Positions 15,674 through 29,901 of a DNA stretch of 64,000 nucleotides are shown in pieces. Source of the DNA: the human T2T-CHM13v2.0 reference genome, Homo sapiens; assembly GCF_009914755.1 (NCBI RefSeq), contig NC_060938.1; one strand, written 5' to 3'. The stretch's first letter is position 1. Every line of letters starts with the position of its first letter. The position numbers and the translations under genes were made by a program. The notes below the pieces were generated by a model. The model was not told where the DNA came from, searched no databases, and saw only the letters and a list, made by a program, of their open reading frames with translations.

Positions 15674-16027
15674 TGTAAGGTCTGCTCAGGCTGCTACCAC
15701 AAAATAGCACACACTGGGTGGCTTAAACTACAGAAATTTATCACAGTTCTCGAGACTGACAAATCCAAAATTAAGGTGTCAGCAGATTTGGTTGCTGGTG
15801 AGGGCTCACTTCCTGGCTTGCAGGTGGCCGCCTTCTTGCTGTGTCCTTATAACTCTGGTCTCTCTTCCTCTTCTTATAAGAACACTAATCCCGTCATAAG
15901 GGCCTCTCTCATGACCTCATTTGAACCTAATTACCTCTCAAAAGACCCACCTCCAAGTACCACCACACTGAGGATCAGGGCTTCAACAATATGAAATTTA
16001 GGGAGACACAACATTCATTCCACAACA
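15674..16027 (-). mobile_element. MLT1-family solo LTR
   Basis: ctgggtggcttaaactacagaaattta...gagggctcacttcctggcttgcag...atgacctcatttgaacctaattacctc...caacattcattccacaaca. Confidence 0.8.
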
Positions 16028-16076
16028 GGGCGATTTTGCAAATAGCGTGATCCTGTAACCTGCCTTTTACCTAAAA

Positions 16077-16425
16077 CAGGGGTCAGTTAAAAAACTATAC
16101 TTTTCCTAAAAAGAGCCAGATAGTAGACATTGCAGGCTTTGTGAGTCATGTGGTCTATGTCACAACTATTCGATTCTGCATACAAAAGCAGCTACAATGC
16201 AACAACATAGCAATGTAAACAACATAAATGAGGACCTATGGCTGTGTTTATTTATGAACAGTGAAATCCAATTTCATATAATTTTTCACAAAATACAATT
16301 CTTCTTTTAGTTTTTTTCAGCCACTTAAAAACATAAAAACTGTTCTTCGCTCATGGGATGTAAAGATCTAGATCACAGGTCTGTATCTGTAGATTTGAAT
16401 CACAGACTGTAGTTTGTGACCCTGT
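16077..16425 (+). mobile_element. MER58-like DNA transposon
   Basis: caggggtcag...gccagatagta...gcaggctttgtg...tgtagtttgtgaccctg termini. Confidence 0.7.
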
Positions 16426-19400
16426 GCTAAATAAAATCTAGCACATGGTCATGAAAATTATTGAAATGCTTCAAGAAATCCAGAAAGCTACAGGATAGAG
16501 GATTGGGCATAAAGGATCTTCAGTTTTTGGGGGAGAGTAAGTTAGAGGAGACTTGGTTTTGACGCAGCCATGGCAACACAGCAATCTGAATTGTGAATGT
16601 TTCTACATGAGGATTGAGTGTTGCGGAGCAGAGGTCAGCAGGTGCCAAGAGACTCACACTGCCTTACCTTCCTGGACAGCACTGGCTGCCTGCCCCAGCA
16701 AAGTAGGTGCAGTTCAGAAGTTCCCAGGTATAAAAAGGAGGTTAAAATCCTCAGCAGCCCATGACCAGCCAGGACTTGCACTCAGATGTCCTCGCTTGCT
16801 GGCCAAGATTCTGCTCAGACCACACTGTCCCTGGATTGTTAGTGCTGAGGGCTTGGTGGTCGCACTGAGACCTGGAGAAGTTCTAGTCCCTAGAGAAAGG
16901 CCAAGAGTCTGGGAGTTCCTTCTAGAATTATCCATTTAAGTTCTTTAAACTTTCTCTTCTCGGTTTGCCTCTCTGTTAAATGGGGATGTTAACACCTCAG
17001 CCCATGGGGCTCAGGGGCTCTGGGTGGCTTCCTCAGCTGGTCATGATGGTTCTCATAAACCCCCTGCAGTGGTCATATGCTTTAATATTAGTGCTCAGTA
17101 GCCTGAGAGAAAGTACAGCCAGATTTATGGATTCACTGGAAGCAGGGACTGGGGGTGGGGTGCAGCCTCTCTCCAATGGGTTTTGTTTCTTATTTGACCA
17201 CACGCATTGTTAGAGCCAAGTTAATTGCCTGTATTTGCTTCCTGTGGAAATATTTCACAAGACACCCTGTTATCGTGGGCCCAGCATTTGTACTTGTGTT
17301 TTGCTGATCCGTTTAGCTTTTTTGAAAATTTTGGGCCAAGACCAAATCTTCCATAAAGGTCTGTGGGCTGTGACCATAGTCCTCAGCTGTTTGCTGTGTT
17401 GTTCCAATTTCATAGATTTAGCCTTGTGAGGGGAGAAAAATATATAGGCCATGATTATTTTTTTTTAAGGACTCAGTTCTTTATGCTATGGATTTAATTC
17501 TCTGTTCCCAACCATGTGGCCTTAAAGGACCTGCATTGTCACCTGCTTGCTATGTGGTCTGAGGCAAGGGCCTTGACCTTTTGTGCCTTAGTTTCCTCAT
17601 CTGGGTGATGGGGGTGATGTCTTCTTTACAGCCCGCTAAGGATTTCAGAGAAATCAGATGAGCTAATAGCCCTGAAAAATCTTTGAAAAAGTAAAAAGTG
17701 CTATATATTTGTAAGTGTGAACTCACAAAAATTAATGACTTTAGTACTCTCTGGGGTTTCGTAATTCTAAGCTGGATCCAAAAGAAATTCTCTCAAAATA
17801 TCTGCCCTTAGATGGGAAAAAATGCCAGAAAAGGATGTAAGAACTGAATTTTCAGGTCCTGGAATGCATCCTAAGGAATTTGAGCTTCTCATCCTGAAGA
17901 CAGTAGCAAAGCATTGCAGGCTTTTACCTGGAAGATGGTGAATCCCATGGTGATGGGCATAGTAGGCTGGAGCCAAGAGAGAGTTCTGAACCCTGGGGCA
18001 TGTCATATAAAGCTCTGCTGGCAGTTGTTGGTGGAGAGAATTAAACCACAGGAAGTATTGAGAACCTTCAGCTTCCTTGTAGGGCATTTGTCTCTTTCCA
18101 AAGCCTTCACAGGCTCTAGATGAGATAGAAATCAAATGCCAGCACAGTGGCTGCCTGGCTTCCATTTTAAATCTCAGAGTACCAAGGATGTTCCAAGGAC
18201 TATCTCCCTGGATCCATTCAATCATTTGTCCATCTGCCCATACACCCATGTCATGAACATCCATTCTCCCATTCAAGTTGGGAAACCTTGACCCGTGCGG
18301 CATAATATTCTGTGCAGAGGGAAATAACATGAGAAATAGGAGGCCCAGATGGCTTTTTTTTTGCCATCAGGCAGAGCTTATCTAAAAGCACATCATTTTC
18401 AAACAAAACAAACCAGACCTAAGAAAGCACTTCATTGAGATAGGATTGGATTGGAAATCTGTCCTTTAAGTGGACTGATAGTGGAATAGGACAAGCCAGT
18501 CCAGCCCCATTGGCTTTGATCCTTGCAGTTTCCCACCTCACCTTCCTACTCGTCCCAGCCCCACTGCTTTCCTGACCTGTGGTACCTGCTAAGATGCCCC
18601 ACCCTGCCCTGTACCTGGAGTGTCTGGGCCTTCCAGACCTCTGGATTTGAAAGTTATTTCATGGGAGCAGAAATTTGGTCTTCTTTACCTTTTATAAGTT
18701 CCTGCATCACAAAGGTAATGCTGAATGCTGAATGTCAGCTAAATGCTGATAATTCATTCCAGAATTATAACATTTTCAGCTGTGCCTATCAAAGAAGCGG
18801 GGGACAATTTGTCCCTTAGCTTTCAACTTTGGAGAGACAACCTTGGGGAGTACACCTAGTAGATAGTCAAGAAAAGCAGGTTAAATTAAATTCCTACAAT
18901 GTGCCGATTCAGCAAAACTTGGAATACCCACTAAGTGTCAGATGTTCTAGGCGCTGTGAATATACAAATGCGTAGGGAGGTTCCTTTCCTTAAGCGGCCC
19001 TGGGTCTGACTTACCACAGCTCTGCTTGGCCTTGATGAACTCACAAAAGGATCAAAGAGCATGCTCAAGGCCAGAATGAGGTCTGCGTGATAAAAGAGCT
19101 GAGAAAGATACCGTCAAGTCCACATCCGCCATGAGCAGACAAGAAGCCTCTAGCAAAACGTTTATATTATTACCTAAGTGTAGATGTTTAAATGCAACTT
19201 GATTAAGGAATGCAAGGTTTCTACCATTTGCTTTGTTTAAAAGCCAAAGCCCAGTAGAGTATGATTTTAGGTTTGCCCAGATTATTCAGAAGTAGAAGTC
19301 TTCCCAGCTGTTCATCTTTGCTCCAGTGGTGGAGGTGGCGGCATTGCGTGCCAGTATCACAAGACCACACCAAGTTTCCTGGTATTAATCCTCTATTGGA

Positions 19401-19727
19401 AGGCATTTCCTGGTAGACTCTCATGCCAGACATATTTTAATAAGGAATTCTGTGACACTGCTTGCTCTGGGGGTTGCTCATTTTATCCTGTAGGTGGTTT
19501 TATTTTTGGGAGATGAACAGCAGAGGGAGGGATGCATTTTGCAGAGAATAAATCAGTCATTTGTGATCCAGTTCTGTTTATTACCACACAGACTAGTAGT
19601 TCCTGACAGCTACTGAGAGAAGACGTCAAAGAGTTCAATTCCAAAATTTCTTGGTTGCTACATCTAAGCATAGATTCCTTATACCAAACCCCATGACCTC
19701 CTTGAGGAGGAAATGAAAATACTTTTC

Positions 19728-20028
19728 TTCTTTTTTTTTTTTTTGAGAAGGAATCTTGCTCTGTCACCCAGGCTGGTGTGTGGTGGCACAATCTCGGCTC
19801 ACTGCAAGCTCTGCCTCCTGGGTTCACGCCATTCTCTTGCCTCAGCCTCCTGAGTAGCTGGGACTACAGGTACCTGCCACCACGCCCAGCTAATTTTTTG
19901 TTTTTTTTTTAGTAGAGTCGGGGTTTCACCATATTAGCCAGGATGGTCTCGATCTCCTGACCTCATGATCTGCCCGCCTTGGCCTCCCAGAGTGCTGGGA
20001 TTACAGGCATGAGCCACTGCGCCTGGCC
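19728..20028 (-). mobile_element. AluY (antisense)
   Basis: Poly-T followed by reverse Alu with AluY diagnostics (gcaagctctgcc, ttcacgccattc, aggatggtctcgatctcc). TSD gaaaatacttttct/gaaaacacttttct. Confidence 0.92.
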
Positions 20029-20989
20029 AGGAAAACACTTTTCTAAGTTAACATCCCTGGTATTTGGGTAGGTGAAAGACAATATGCAAAGCTGTCTTTG
20101 AAGCTACACTTTTCTAAGAGTAGGGATTGAACAGCATGAAAATACTGTGCCCTTTGGCCAGTTAAATTAAATCTGTTTTTATAGATGCTTTGCAGAGTAA
20201 AGGCAAAGGATCATTTACTCTCACATCCTCTTATGACCTGGAATGATGCCTTATGTGGAAACACAGGGCTCCCATGTCCTACTTAGGAGGCTAAGGAAAT
20301 CCAAAGGGGGCACTTCCCATTTTAGATCCACATGATCCCAGGTTGTTCATCCAAAGATACATCCAGAAGGAGCAACAGCTTCCTATCTTTCACTTATGTG
20401 GATGTCCATATTGTTGCGGTATCTTTTCTGTTGCCTCTTCTATGTTTGTTAAGCAGATACTGATTTGTGATCCACTTCAAGTCCTCACCACTGTGCTGTC
20501 CTGCAAGAACCGTGCTGAAGAAAAGCTCATTTTCCCTAGGCTTCAGCTAACCATGCCTAAGGTCTGAGGACCTTTGGTCAAACATATTCAAGTCTCTTGA
20601 AAGGTGAGACTCAAGGATACAGACTTATGACTTCCTAAGGGCCCATCAGCCCTCAACGCTTTACCAGGTTGGGACCTTGTTTCCAAAGATGTTCATAGCT
20701 CCCTTCAAGTATAGATGGCAAGTTGTGCATGGACTGCCTGTTAAGTGAGAAACCAGAGCCTGGGCCATCCCTGGTGTCTTGGCCATTACCATTGCTAACA
20801 GCAGTGATAGTGAATAGTACCCAAAAGGGAATTGTAAGCAGTGGCCACACCTTCTACTAGGATGACTCAGATTTAGGACTCAAGAGGAGGCTCCTAACTT
20901 TCCTGCAACCACACATGGAGGGATTTTGTCTCAGCCAACCAGTACTGACTCCCCTTGGGACCCAAGTAAAGGACAATGAAAAGCAGCAC

Positions 20990-21140
20990 TTCAATGTGAG
21001 AAGAGCGTGAGCTTTGGGGTCACAGAGCTCTGGGTTCAAATCCTGGTTCCATACTTACCTTGGGTAAGCCACTTGACCTGTTAGAGTTTCAGTATCCTCA
21101 TTTGTAAAATGGGGGTGTTTAAACCTAAGCACTACTTCAG
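20990..21140 (+). mobile_element. MIR SINE
   Basis: ctgggttcaaatcctgg...ttcagtatcctcatttgtaaaatgggg. Confidence 0.7.
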
Positions 21141-23439
21141 AGCAAACATCACCAACAACTGAAATAGTACAGCTAGACTCTGCTCCCAAATCCTCTTTGC
21201 TTCTTTCTCCAGAATCTCTCTCATCCCACAAATCATCCCTTGCAAGGACAGTCACAGCATGAAATTATTATTGCCACTTGACATGTATAATCATTTTTGT
21301 AGTGCTTCCACTTCTACTTCCACATTTAATTGTGTGATTGACAGGACTAGAAAGGTGAGCTTTTGGCTCCCAGTCCAGTTCCTTGTCCATCACCCCACAC
21401 AGCAACACCACATTCTGTCCACACAGCCTCATTTTCCTTCAAGAGACTACATGGGACCCAAAAGCTCCCAAAGTCTGGATGTGATTCTAGGCAGCTTAGG
21501 TATGGAGGGCAGAGATGAGGCACACACACCTACAAAAAGAAAAATAGGATACTTGAAAATCACAAGAAGAGCTCTTGGCCGCTGTGCAATGCTCCAGCTG
21601 GGTGGTTCTCCACTCCAGGAGGACGTTCTGAAGCTGGGAAATGAGATCTGTGCTGTCTTAGGAGCCCACAGCACAGGGGAGGACATAAGGGTCTTCTTGA
21701 GGAGTTCAGCTGCATGCTTGTGGCCCAGGGCCCCAGTCATTTGTCTGATTAGCTTCCCCACCTCTTGAGAGAGTCACTGTGTTTTGTCTAAAAAGAAAGG
21801 AGATTTCCAAATGAGGACTCTCTGAGCAAAATATTGATTTTCAGCAGGTGTGGTTTTGAGACAGTTTGTACTGCATGCTCTCTCCAGCTCTCACTGTGCC
21901 TCGGACTCTATTGATTCTAGTTGGTTTTGATCCTGCCTTAGCATTCCAGGAAAGCAGAGCTCTCCTAGCCCAAGAAGAGAAAATGAAGGTGGAGTGGCTC
22001 ATCGGGGTAACATCCCTCCACTACAGCCATCAACCACTCCAGGGATATGATGCCTCCCACTGCTGAGGACTCTGGCTAAGACACTGGTGTGATTTAGAGC
22101 CCTAGAGCATTGGTTTATCATCATATAGAGAACCACCCTCATCTTCTTTGGAGGAGGTGCCTCTCCACTGCATCCCAAGGTGGGAGTGACCTCTGGTAGT
22201 TCTGCTTGTTCATAGTCAGCTTAGTCATCTCTGTTGTAGAAAGAGAAAGAGAGAGAGGGCAAGAAAGGGAAAGACGGAGGGAGAGAGGAAGGAAGTGGGA
22301 AAGGAGGGAAGAAGATAAGGCAAGACAAAATAAGACAAAGCAAGAAAGAGAGAGAGCACGCGGGCCAGCACGCTTTTTCTCCATCCCCTTAGGAATTTAC
22401 TCTCAGCAGGGGCTTGGCTTGGCTGGTTTTGCCAGTGACTCCCTTGCACTTTGCAGATTCTGAATATACATTTCCCTTAAGACTGGTTGTCTGCAGAATA
22501 GGGGAAACAAACCAGCACCCCCATAAATCAGCAGAGGTCACTGCCAAGAGCTTTGTACACTTGCTGTCCCTGGCAGTGATAAACTCATTGCATTTGGGAA
22601 ATGGCCAAAGACCCTGAGTCCAATCTTAATTCTCATTCCCAGAAAAATCTCAGTTTTCTGTTCACCCACCCCCGTTTACTGTCTTTGTGTTTCCTAGACA
22701 AAGCTGGCAAGGAGGAAAGAACACAGTTCCATAACTGGATCATCAAAGGCTGCATTTCGTTGCTTGGGGGAGGAGTTGCAGGGCAGGAAAGAGTCACAGA
22801 TCCCTAGGCTGTGGAAAAGAGAGGCCCAGGCCAGAGGGAGGCTGAAGCCATGGGGTCTGCATGGGGTGTGAGAGATCCGCAGAGGTTCTCAGATTCTGGT
22901 TTTCTCAGACCCGCACCTTGGATCTGCTATTACTGCTGTGGTCGGTTGTTCCCTTGAAGGGTGGTTCAGGCTGTTATAATGGTGGTCAAGGGCTAGCAGT
23001 GGGATTGGTGTGGTGAGACCACCTCATGGGACTCATGCTCCAGTAGGTTGTGTTCTTATTCTCTTATCTTTCTCCCCACACCATCCTCACCTTGGTATCT
23101 GGCTTTGGAGTTGGCCATATGACATGGAGAAGATGAGAGTGGTGTCCAAACTGCTCCTCTGACCCACATGGGCCTCCTGAGAGTGGACAACCTCTCTCTG
23201 CTGCCCTTTCCTCCTTGCCCCTTGATTGTCTTTCTCCTCTGATTGATCAGACTGTGAAGCTGCAAGACCAGACCCCCCGCTCCCTGCAATCCCACAGAAT
23301 TAGGAGACATATTTCTGTCTCTCTACACAGATCTTTCCACTTTGATGAGGATCTTTCTGGTTGAGAGACCACCATTCCCCACTTGTAGCAGGATAGGTCA
23401 TCCCCAGGTATACACATTCATACCCTGTGCCTGTACTTC

Positions 23440-23620
23440 ATCTCTGCAGCCCTTAGCTGAATTGGCTAAATGCGTCTCTGTGCAAAGTCTATCTTGCCTA
23501 GTTGGATCTAAGCTTTATGACATTAGAGGCCGATTTGTCTTATTCAGGCTGTTATCTCAGCGTCTGACACAGTGCCCTGGCACCTAGTAAATGCTCAATA
23601 ACTATTTGCTGAATATTATT
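23440..23620. mobile_element. L2 3'-end fragment
   Basis: acacagtgccctggcacctagtaaatgctcaataactatttgctgaat. Confidence 0.6.
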
Positions 23621-24013
23621 TTGATTCAGTGTTTAGACATCTGCTTTATCCTGCTCTATTTTGATTGACAAGTTCTTTCTCTTCATGAACCAGGCTTTTC
23701 CCTCCTACAATGAGTCTATAAGAATTAGCTAGATCAGAGGGGAATTTGGTGCTGAGCCAGAAGAGCTGTCTAGGGGAGGTTTCCTCACTTCTTATGGGGC
23801 AGCAGAGGGGTATTGTGAGATATTGAGAAGTCAGAACAAGAAGCAGGGAACTGTTGCTTTGGAGAAGGGTCTGGAGAGGTTCCAGGCACTATGATAGGCT
23901 TTTCCAGATGACTCAGGAGCCACCTGGCTCTGTCAGCCAGAAAGAAGTGATGCCTGACACAAGGAGACAGTGTGTCATTTTTACTGTGGACTAACATTTG
24001 TACCTAAGCTTTA

Positions 24014-24321
<308 letters not shown>

Positions 24322-24756
24322 AAAATGTTAGAACAATTTAAAGAGACAACAAATGAAACCAAAGACCAATGATACCCCTCAGCCTGGGCTCTGAGACCAT
24401 TAGGGATGGCTGAGCCAAGATTTTCATGCTCCTCTGAGCTGAGTGTAATCCTCATTCTCCTTCTGTGCAGAGAGCAGGAACTTGATGCAGTCATAAACCC
24501 AAGCAAGTATGGAGCCAGTAAACTTGCTGAACATTAAATTCCAACCGGCATTTCAGTGAACATGTATATTCGACTAATATCTGAGCCTGTGCTAGACAGT
24601 ATGCATCTGTAAAAGATAAACACATACTGTTCCTCAAGGCACTTAAACAAGAGTGAGCTGGATTTTTGTCTGAAATTTTCAGAAAAACACTTAGTGAAGT
24701 GTGTTCACACTAAGTTTGTTAAATCAGAATACGTCTGGACTATCCAAGTAGTCTCA

Positions 24757-25079
<323 letters not shown>

Positions 25080-25289
25080 GAACCAAGTCAGTATTTAATT
25101 TCATTTGAGTCCTTCCAGTGGGTTTATTCCCATTAGTGGGGTAACTCCCCTGCTTTTGTAAATATGAGGGTATCTCAGGAAGAATAAGTCCCAAAACAAG
25201 ATTCTTTGGGTTCCAACCAAAGATGAAACCAAGAGGGCCTCACATGTGACCAAGACATTTTCTGCTTTCTACTTTCACTTTCTTTTTGT

Positions 25290-28270
25290 TTATTTTTTAA
25301 ATTGAGATGTAAAAGTTGTATGTATTTATGGTATATAGCATGCAATTTTGATATATGTATACATTGTGGAATGGATAAATCAAGCCATTTAACATATGCG
25401 TGGTCTCATACACTTATTGTTTGTAGTGAGAACACTTAAAATCTACTCTCAGCAATTTTCAAGTATATAATATATTGTTTTTAACTGCAGTCTGTAGTCA
25501 CCGTAATGTTCAAGAGACCTCTTCAACTTATTCTTCCTCTCTAATTATGTGGTGTCCTTTGACCAATGTCTTCCCAGTCCTTCTCACTCCCCACAGCCCC
25601 TGGTAGAATGGCCATTCTGCTCTCTGCTTCTGTGAGTGTGATTGTCTTAGATTCCATATACAGGCACATCTCGTTTTATTGCACTTCCCTGTATTATGCC
25701 TTATAGATTCTGTGTTTTTTACAAATTGAAGGTTTGTGGCAACCCTGCATCAAACAAGTCTATCAGCACCATTTTTCCAATAGCATGTGCTTACTTTGTG
25801 TCTGTGTCACAGTTTGGTAATTCTTGCAACATTAAGCTTTTTTAGTATGATTATATGTTTATGGTGATCTGTGATTGGTGATCTTTGATGTTACTATTGT
25901 AATTGCTCTGGGGGTGCCCAACTGCACCCGTATAAGACAATGAACTTAATACATGTTGTGTGTGTGTGTTTTCTGACTCCTCTACCAAATCAGCCATTCC
26001 CCCATCTCTTTCCCTCTCCTTGGGCCTCTCTACTCCCTGAAATGACAACTATATTGAAATTGGGCCAATTAATAACTCTGCAGTGGTCTCTAAGTGTTCA
26101 GGCAAAAGGAACAGTCGCATGTCTCTAACTTTAAATCAAAAACTGGAAATGATTAAGCTTAGTGAGGAAGGCATGTTGAAAGCCAAGATAGGCTGAAAGC
26201 TAGGCCTCTTATGCCAAACAGCCTAGGTGTGAATACAAAGAAAAGTTTATTGAAGATTGAACATGCTACTCCAGTGAACACACAAAAGATAAGAAAGCAA
26301 AACAACCTTATTGCTGATATGGAGACAGTTTTAGTGGTCTGAATAGAAGATCAAATCAGACACAACATTCCCTTAAGCCAAAGCCTAATCCAGAGCAAGG
26401 ACCTACCTTGCTTCAATTCTATGAAGGCTGAAAGAGGTGAGGAAGCTGCAGAAGAAAAGTTTGAAGCTAACAGAGGTTGGTTCATGTGGTTTACAAAAAG
26501 AAACCAAGTCCATAACATAAAAGGGCAAAGTGAAACAGCAAGTGCTGATATAGAAGCTGCAGCAAGTTATCCAGAAGATCTAGCTAAGATCATTGATGAA
26601 GGTGGCTACAGTAAACAACAGATTTGCAGTGTAGATTAAGCAGCCTTATATTGGAAGAAGATAAATCTAGGGTTTTCATAGCTAGAGAAGAGAAGTCCAT
26701 GCCTGGCTTCAAAGCTTCAAAGGACAGGCTGACTCTCTTGCTAGGGCTAATGCAGCTGGTGACTATAAGTCGATGCCAATGCTCATTTACTATTCTGAAA
26801 ATCCTAGGGCCTTCAAGAATGATGCTAAATATATTCTGCCTGTGTTCTATAAATGGACCAACAAAGTCTGGATGGCAGCACATCTGTTTGCGGCATGGTT
26901 TACTGAATACTTTAAGGCCACTGTTGAGACCTACTGTTGAGGAAAAAAATAATATTTCTTTCCAAATATTGCTGTTCATTGACAATGCACCAAGCCATCC
27001 AAGAGCTCTGATGGAGATGTACAAGGAGATTAATGTTGTTTTCATGACTGCTAACACAACATCCGTTCTGTAGCCTATGGATCAAGAAGTAATTTCAACT
27101 TTTCAAGTCCTATTATTTAAGAAATACATTTCATAAAGCTATAGCTGTCACAGACAGTGATTCCTCTGATGGATTTGGGCAAAGTAAATCAAAACCCTTC
27201 TAGAAAGGAGTCACCCTTCTGGTGGATGCCATTAAGAACATTTGTGTTTCGTGGAAAGAAGTAAAAATATCAACATTAATGGGAGTTTGGAAGAAGTTGA
27301 TTCCAGCCCTCATGGATGACTTTGAGAAGTTCAAGATCCTAGTGAAGAAAGTAACTGCAGATGTGGTGGAAATAGCAAGAGAACTAGAATTAGAAATAGA
27401 GCTTGAAGATGTGACTGAATTGCTACAACTTCATAATAAAACTTTAATGAATGAGGAGTTGCTTCCTATGGAAGAGTAAAGAAAGTGGTTTCTTGAGATG
27501 GAATCTACTCCTAATGAAGATGTTGCAAACATTGTTGAGATGACACAAAGAATTTAGAATATTACATCAACTTAGTTGATAAAGCAGCAGCAGGATTTGA
27601 CGGGATTGACTGCAATTTTGAAAGAAGTTCTACTGTAGGTAAAATGCTATCAAACACCATCACATGCTACAGAGAAATCTGTTGCGAAAGGAAGAGTCAA
27701 TTGATGCGACAAACTTCATTGTCTTATTTTAAGAAATTGCCACAGTCACCTCGGCCTTCGGCAATCACCACCCTAATCAGTCAGTATCCAACAATGTCAA
27801 GACAAGACCCTCCCCCAGCAAAAGGATTATGACTCACCAAAGGCTCAGATGATCCTTAGCATTTTAACAATAAAGTATTTTTTAATTAAGGTATGTACCT
27901 TGTTTTTTCAGACATAATGTTATTGCACACATCATTGACTACATATAGTGTAAACATAACTTTTATGTGTACTGGGAAACGAAATATTTCTTATGACTTG
28001 CTTTATTGTGGTGGCCTGGAACCAAACCCACAATACCTCCAAGGTCTCCTTACATAAGTGAAGACAAGTGGTATTTTGTCTTTCTGTACCTGACTTATTT
28101 CACTTAACCTAATGTTCTCCAGGTTTGTTCATGTTATCACAAATGACAGGATTTCCTTCTTTGTTAAGACCAAATAGTATTCCATTATGCCTATATACTG
28201 CATTTCCTTTACCCATTTATCTATTCATTGATGGACTCATAGGTTGACTCCATATCTTGGCTACTGTGCT
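25290..28270 (-). mobile_element. L1MA-type 3' end (25290-25660 and 28051-28270) interrupted by Tigger1
   Basis: The two flanks join as ...ttagattccatata|cataagtga...gtattttgtctttctgt...cttatttcacttaac, a reverse L1MA-type 3' end. Confidence 0.75.
25661..28050 (+). mobile_element. Near-full-length Tigger1 (TcMar-Tigger/pogo) with decayed transposase
   Basis: Starts TA|caggcacatctcgttttattgc and ends caatacctccaaggtctcct|TA, ~2.39 kb. Broken ORFs carry FEANRGWF (CENP-B-like HTH) and ILLFIDNAPSHP (DDE region). Confidence 0.92.
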
Positions 28271-29004
28271 CTCCCTTTCTTTTGTGCTGGGTAAGGAGTG
28301 AGTCTTGGTGAATCCTTGTCATTGCTCTGTCTTTTTCTGGCCAGGCATCTCTAAAATGTGTCCCCCAGCTGATGGGAGGTCTGTGCCTCCTCCTTCGATC
28401 CCTTCCCTGGAAAGAGCACCAAGGAAGAGGTCCTTAATGACCAGTCCTGCCTCTCAGATGAGCACTCTCCTCCTCCCTGACCAGCTCTCCATCCCCCTCA
28501 CCACTAGGGCCTTTGTCTGGCTTCATGAGAAGAACAATGAGCATACATGGGGGAAGATGCTTCCTCCACCAGGACAGCCATTAACTAACAAGCCCGCCCT
28601 CCCCAGTGAAGGCCAACCTCCCTCCTAACACATTCTCTCTTGGAACAGCCAAGCTTTCCTGTGCAGCTGAGCTGAATTCCACTTCAATGGATAAATAATC
28701 TTGCCCACTGACAAGTCCTCTTTTCTAAGGGACCAGGATTTTCCAACCCTTGATGAGGACAGATCTGTTTGGAAGGGACCACAAGATTCTAGGAATTAGC
28801 TGGAAATCAGGGGTGAAATTATTTGCCAAGGCCAGAATGTATAACAAATGCCCCTGGGAGCCGAGGAAAAGAGGCGGCACCTTGCTGCAGCACCTGCCCC
28901 TCCTGGGTGTTAGTTACATGTCCTGTGATGTGGTTGCCAAGAACTCCTTCCAGGACGAGGTGGTGGCCCTGAAATGCACAAACTGACCCAATTGCATTAT
29001 TGCC

Positions 29005-29520
29005 TGTTTTTTTAAATTAAACTTTTTATTTTGAGATACGTATTGATTCTGATGCAGTTATAAGAAATACTGTGCTGTTTACCCAGTTTGCCCCAATGGC
29101 AACATCTTGCAAAACTATAGTACCATATCACAGCCATGATACTGACATGGCTACAATCCCCTGATTTTATTCATATTTCCCAGTTTTACTTGTGCCCCAT
29201 GTATGTATGTGTGCATTTAGTTCTATACAACTTTATCACGTGTTAAGATGTGTCAAAATACAGAACCATTCTGTCACCACAAAGATCCTTCCTGTTGCCT
29301 TTTATAACCACACCTCCCTTGCTCCCTCTACTTCCTCATCTCTAACCCCAGGAACCACTAATCTGTTCTTTGTCTCTATAATTTGTCATTTCAAGAATGT
29401 TATGTAAATGAAATAATATAGTTTATAATCTGGAGCTTGGCTTTTTTACTCATCCTAATTCCCTTGAGATTCATCCAAGTTGTTGTTGGGTGTAAGAACA
29501 GTTTGTTCCTCCTCATTGCC
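29005..29520 (-). mobile_element. Old L1M 3'-end fragment
   Basis: tttacccagtttgccccaatggcaacatcttgcaaaactatagt...accactaatctgttct...tgagattcatccaagttgttg. Confidence 0.7.
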
Positions 29521-29811
29521 ATGTCTGGTTTTAATCATTAAGCACCCCAACATGGCACCCAAGCCCAATTACAAATCCCTCAGGACATGATCCTCAGGGA
29601 ACTTTTATTCTAAGAGAGCCCATATGTTTTGTTTGGTGCTGCTGAGTTTGGGGGTGTGGGGATGGAACATGTTGCAAGTTTTTCTAGGTACATGCAAACA
29701 TACCTAGGTTCCTTCATCTCCTTCCCCAAAACAGTGATCAATTGGATTGTAATATTCTTTAGCACTGGTTGACAGCCCTTCCTTGTGTCTCCTTGTCACC
29801 TTCCTCCCCAG

Positions 29812-29901
29812 GAGCACATCTACAAGCTGATGAAGAGTGACAGCTATGCCCGCTTCCTCCGGTCAAATGCTTACCAGGATTTGCTGCTGGCCAAGAAGAA
29901 G
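29812..29901 (+). CDS. RGS6: RGS6 coding exon (end of RGS domain), 90 nt, phase 0/0
   Basis: ttcctccccag acceptor and AAG|GTATCT donor. Encodes [30 protein letters not shown], with the RGS motif LMxxDSYxRFL. Confidence 0.97.

Noticed and set aside
17767-18330. Longest ORF in the track (187 aa, minus strand), and similar 150-180 aa ORFs at 10303, 21259, 42716 and 56075
   Set aside because: No recognisable domain, composition typical of random intronic DNA, often non-ATG starts, and no supporting exon structure.
26421-27832. Transposase-like ORFs as a possible functional TIGD/pogo gene
   Set aside because: Fragmented across frames with stops; an ordinary decayed Tigger1.
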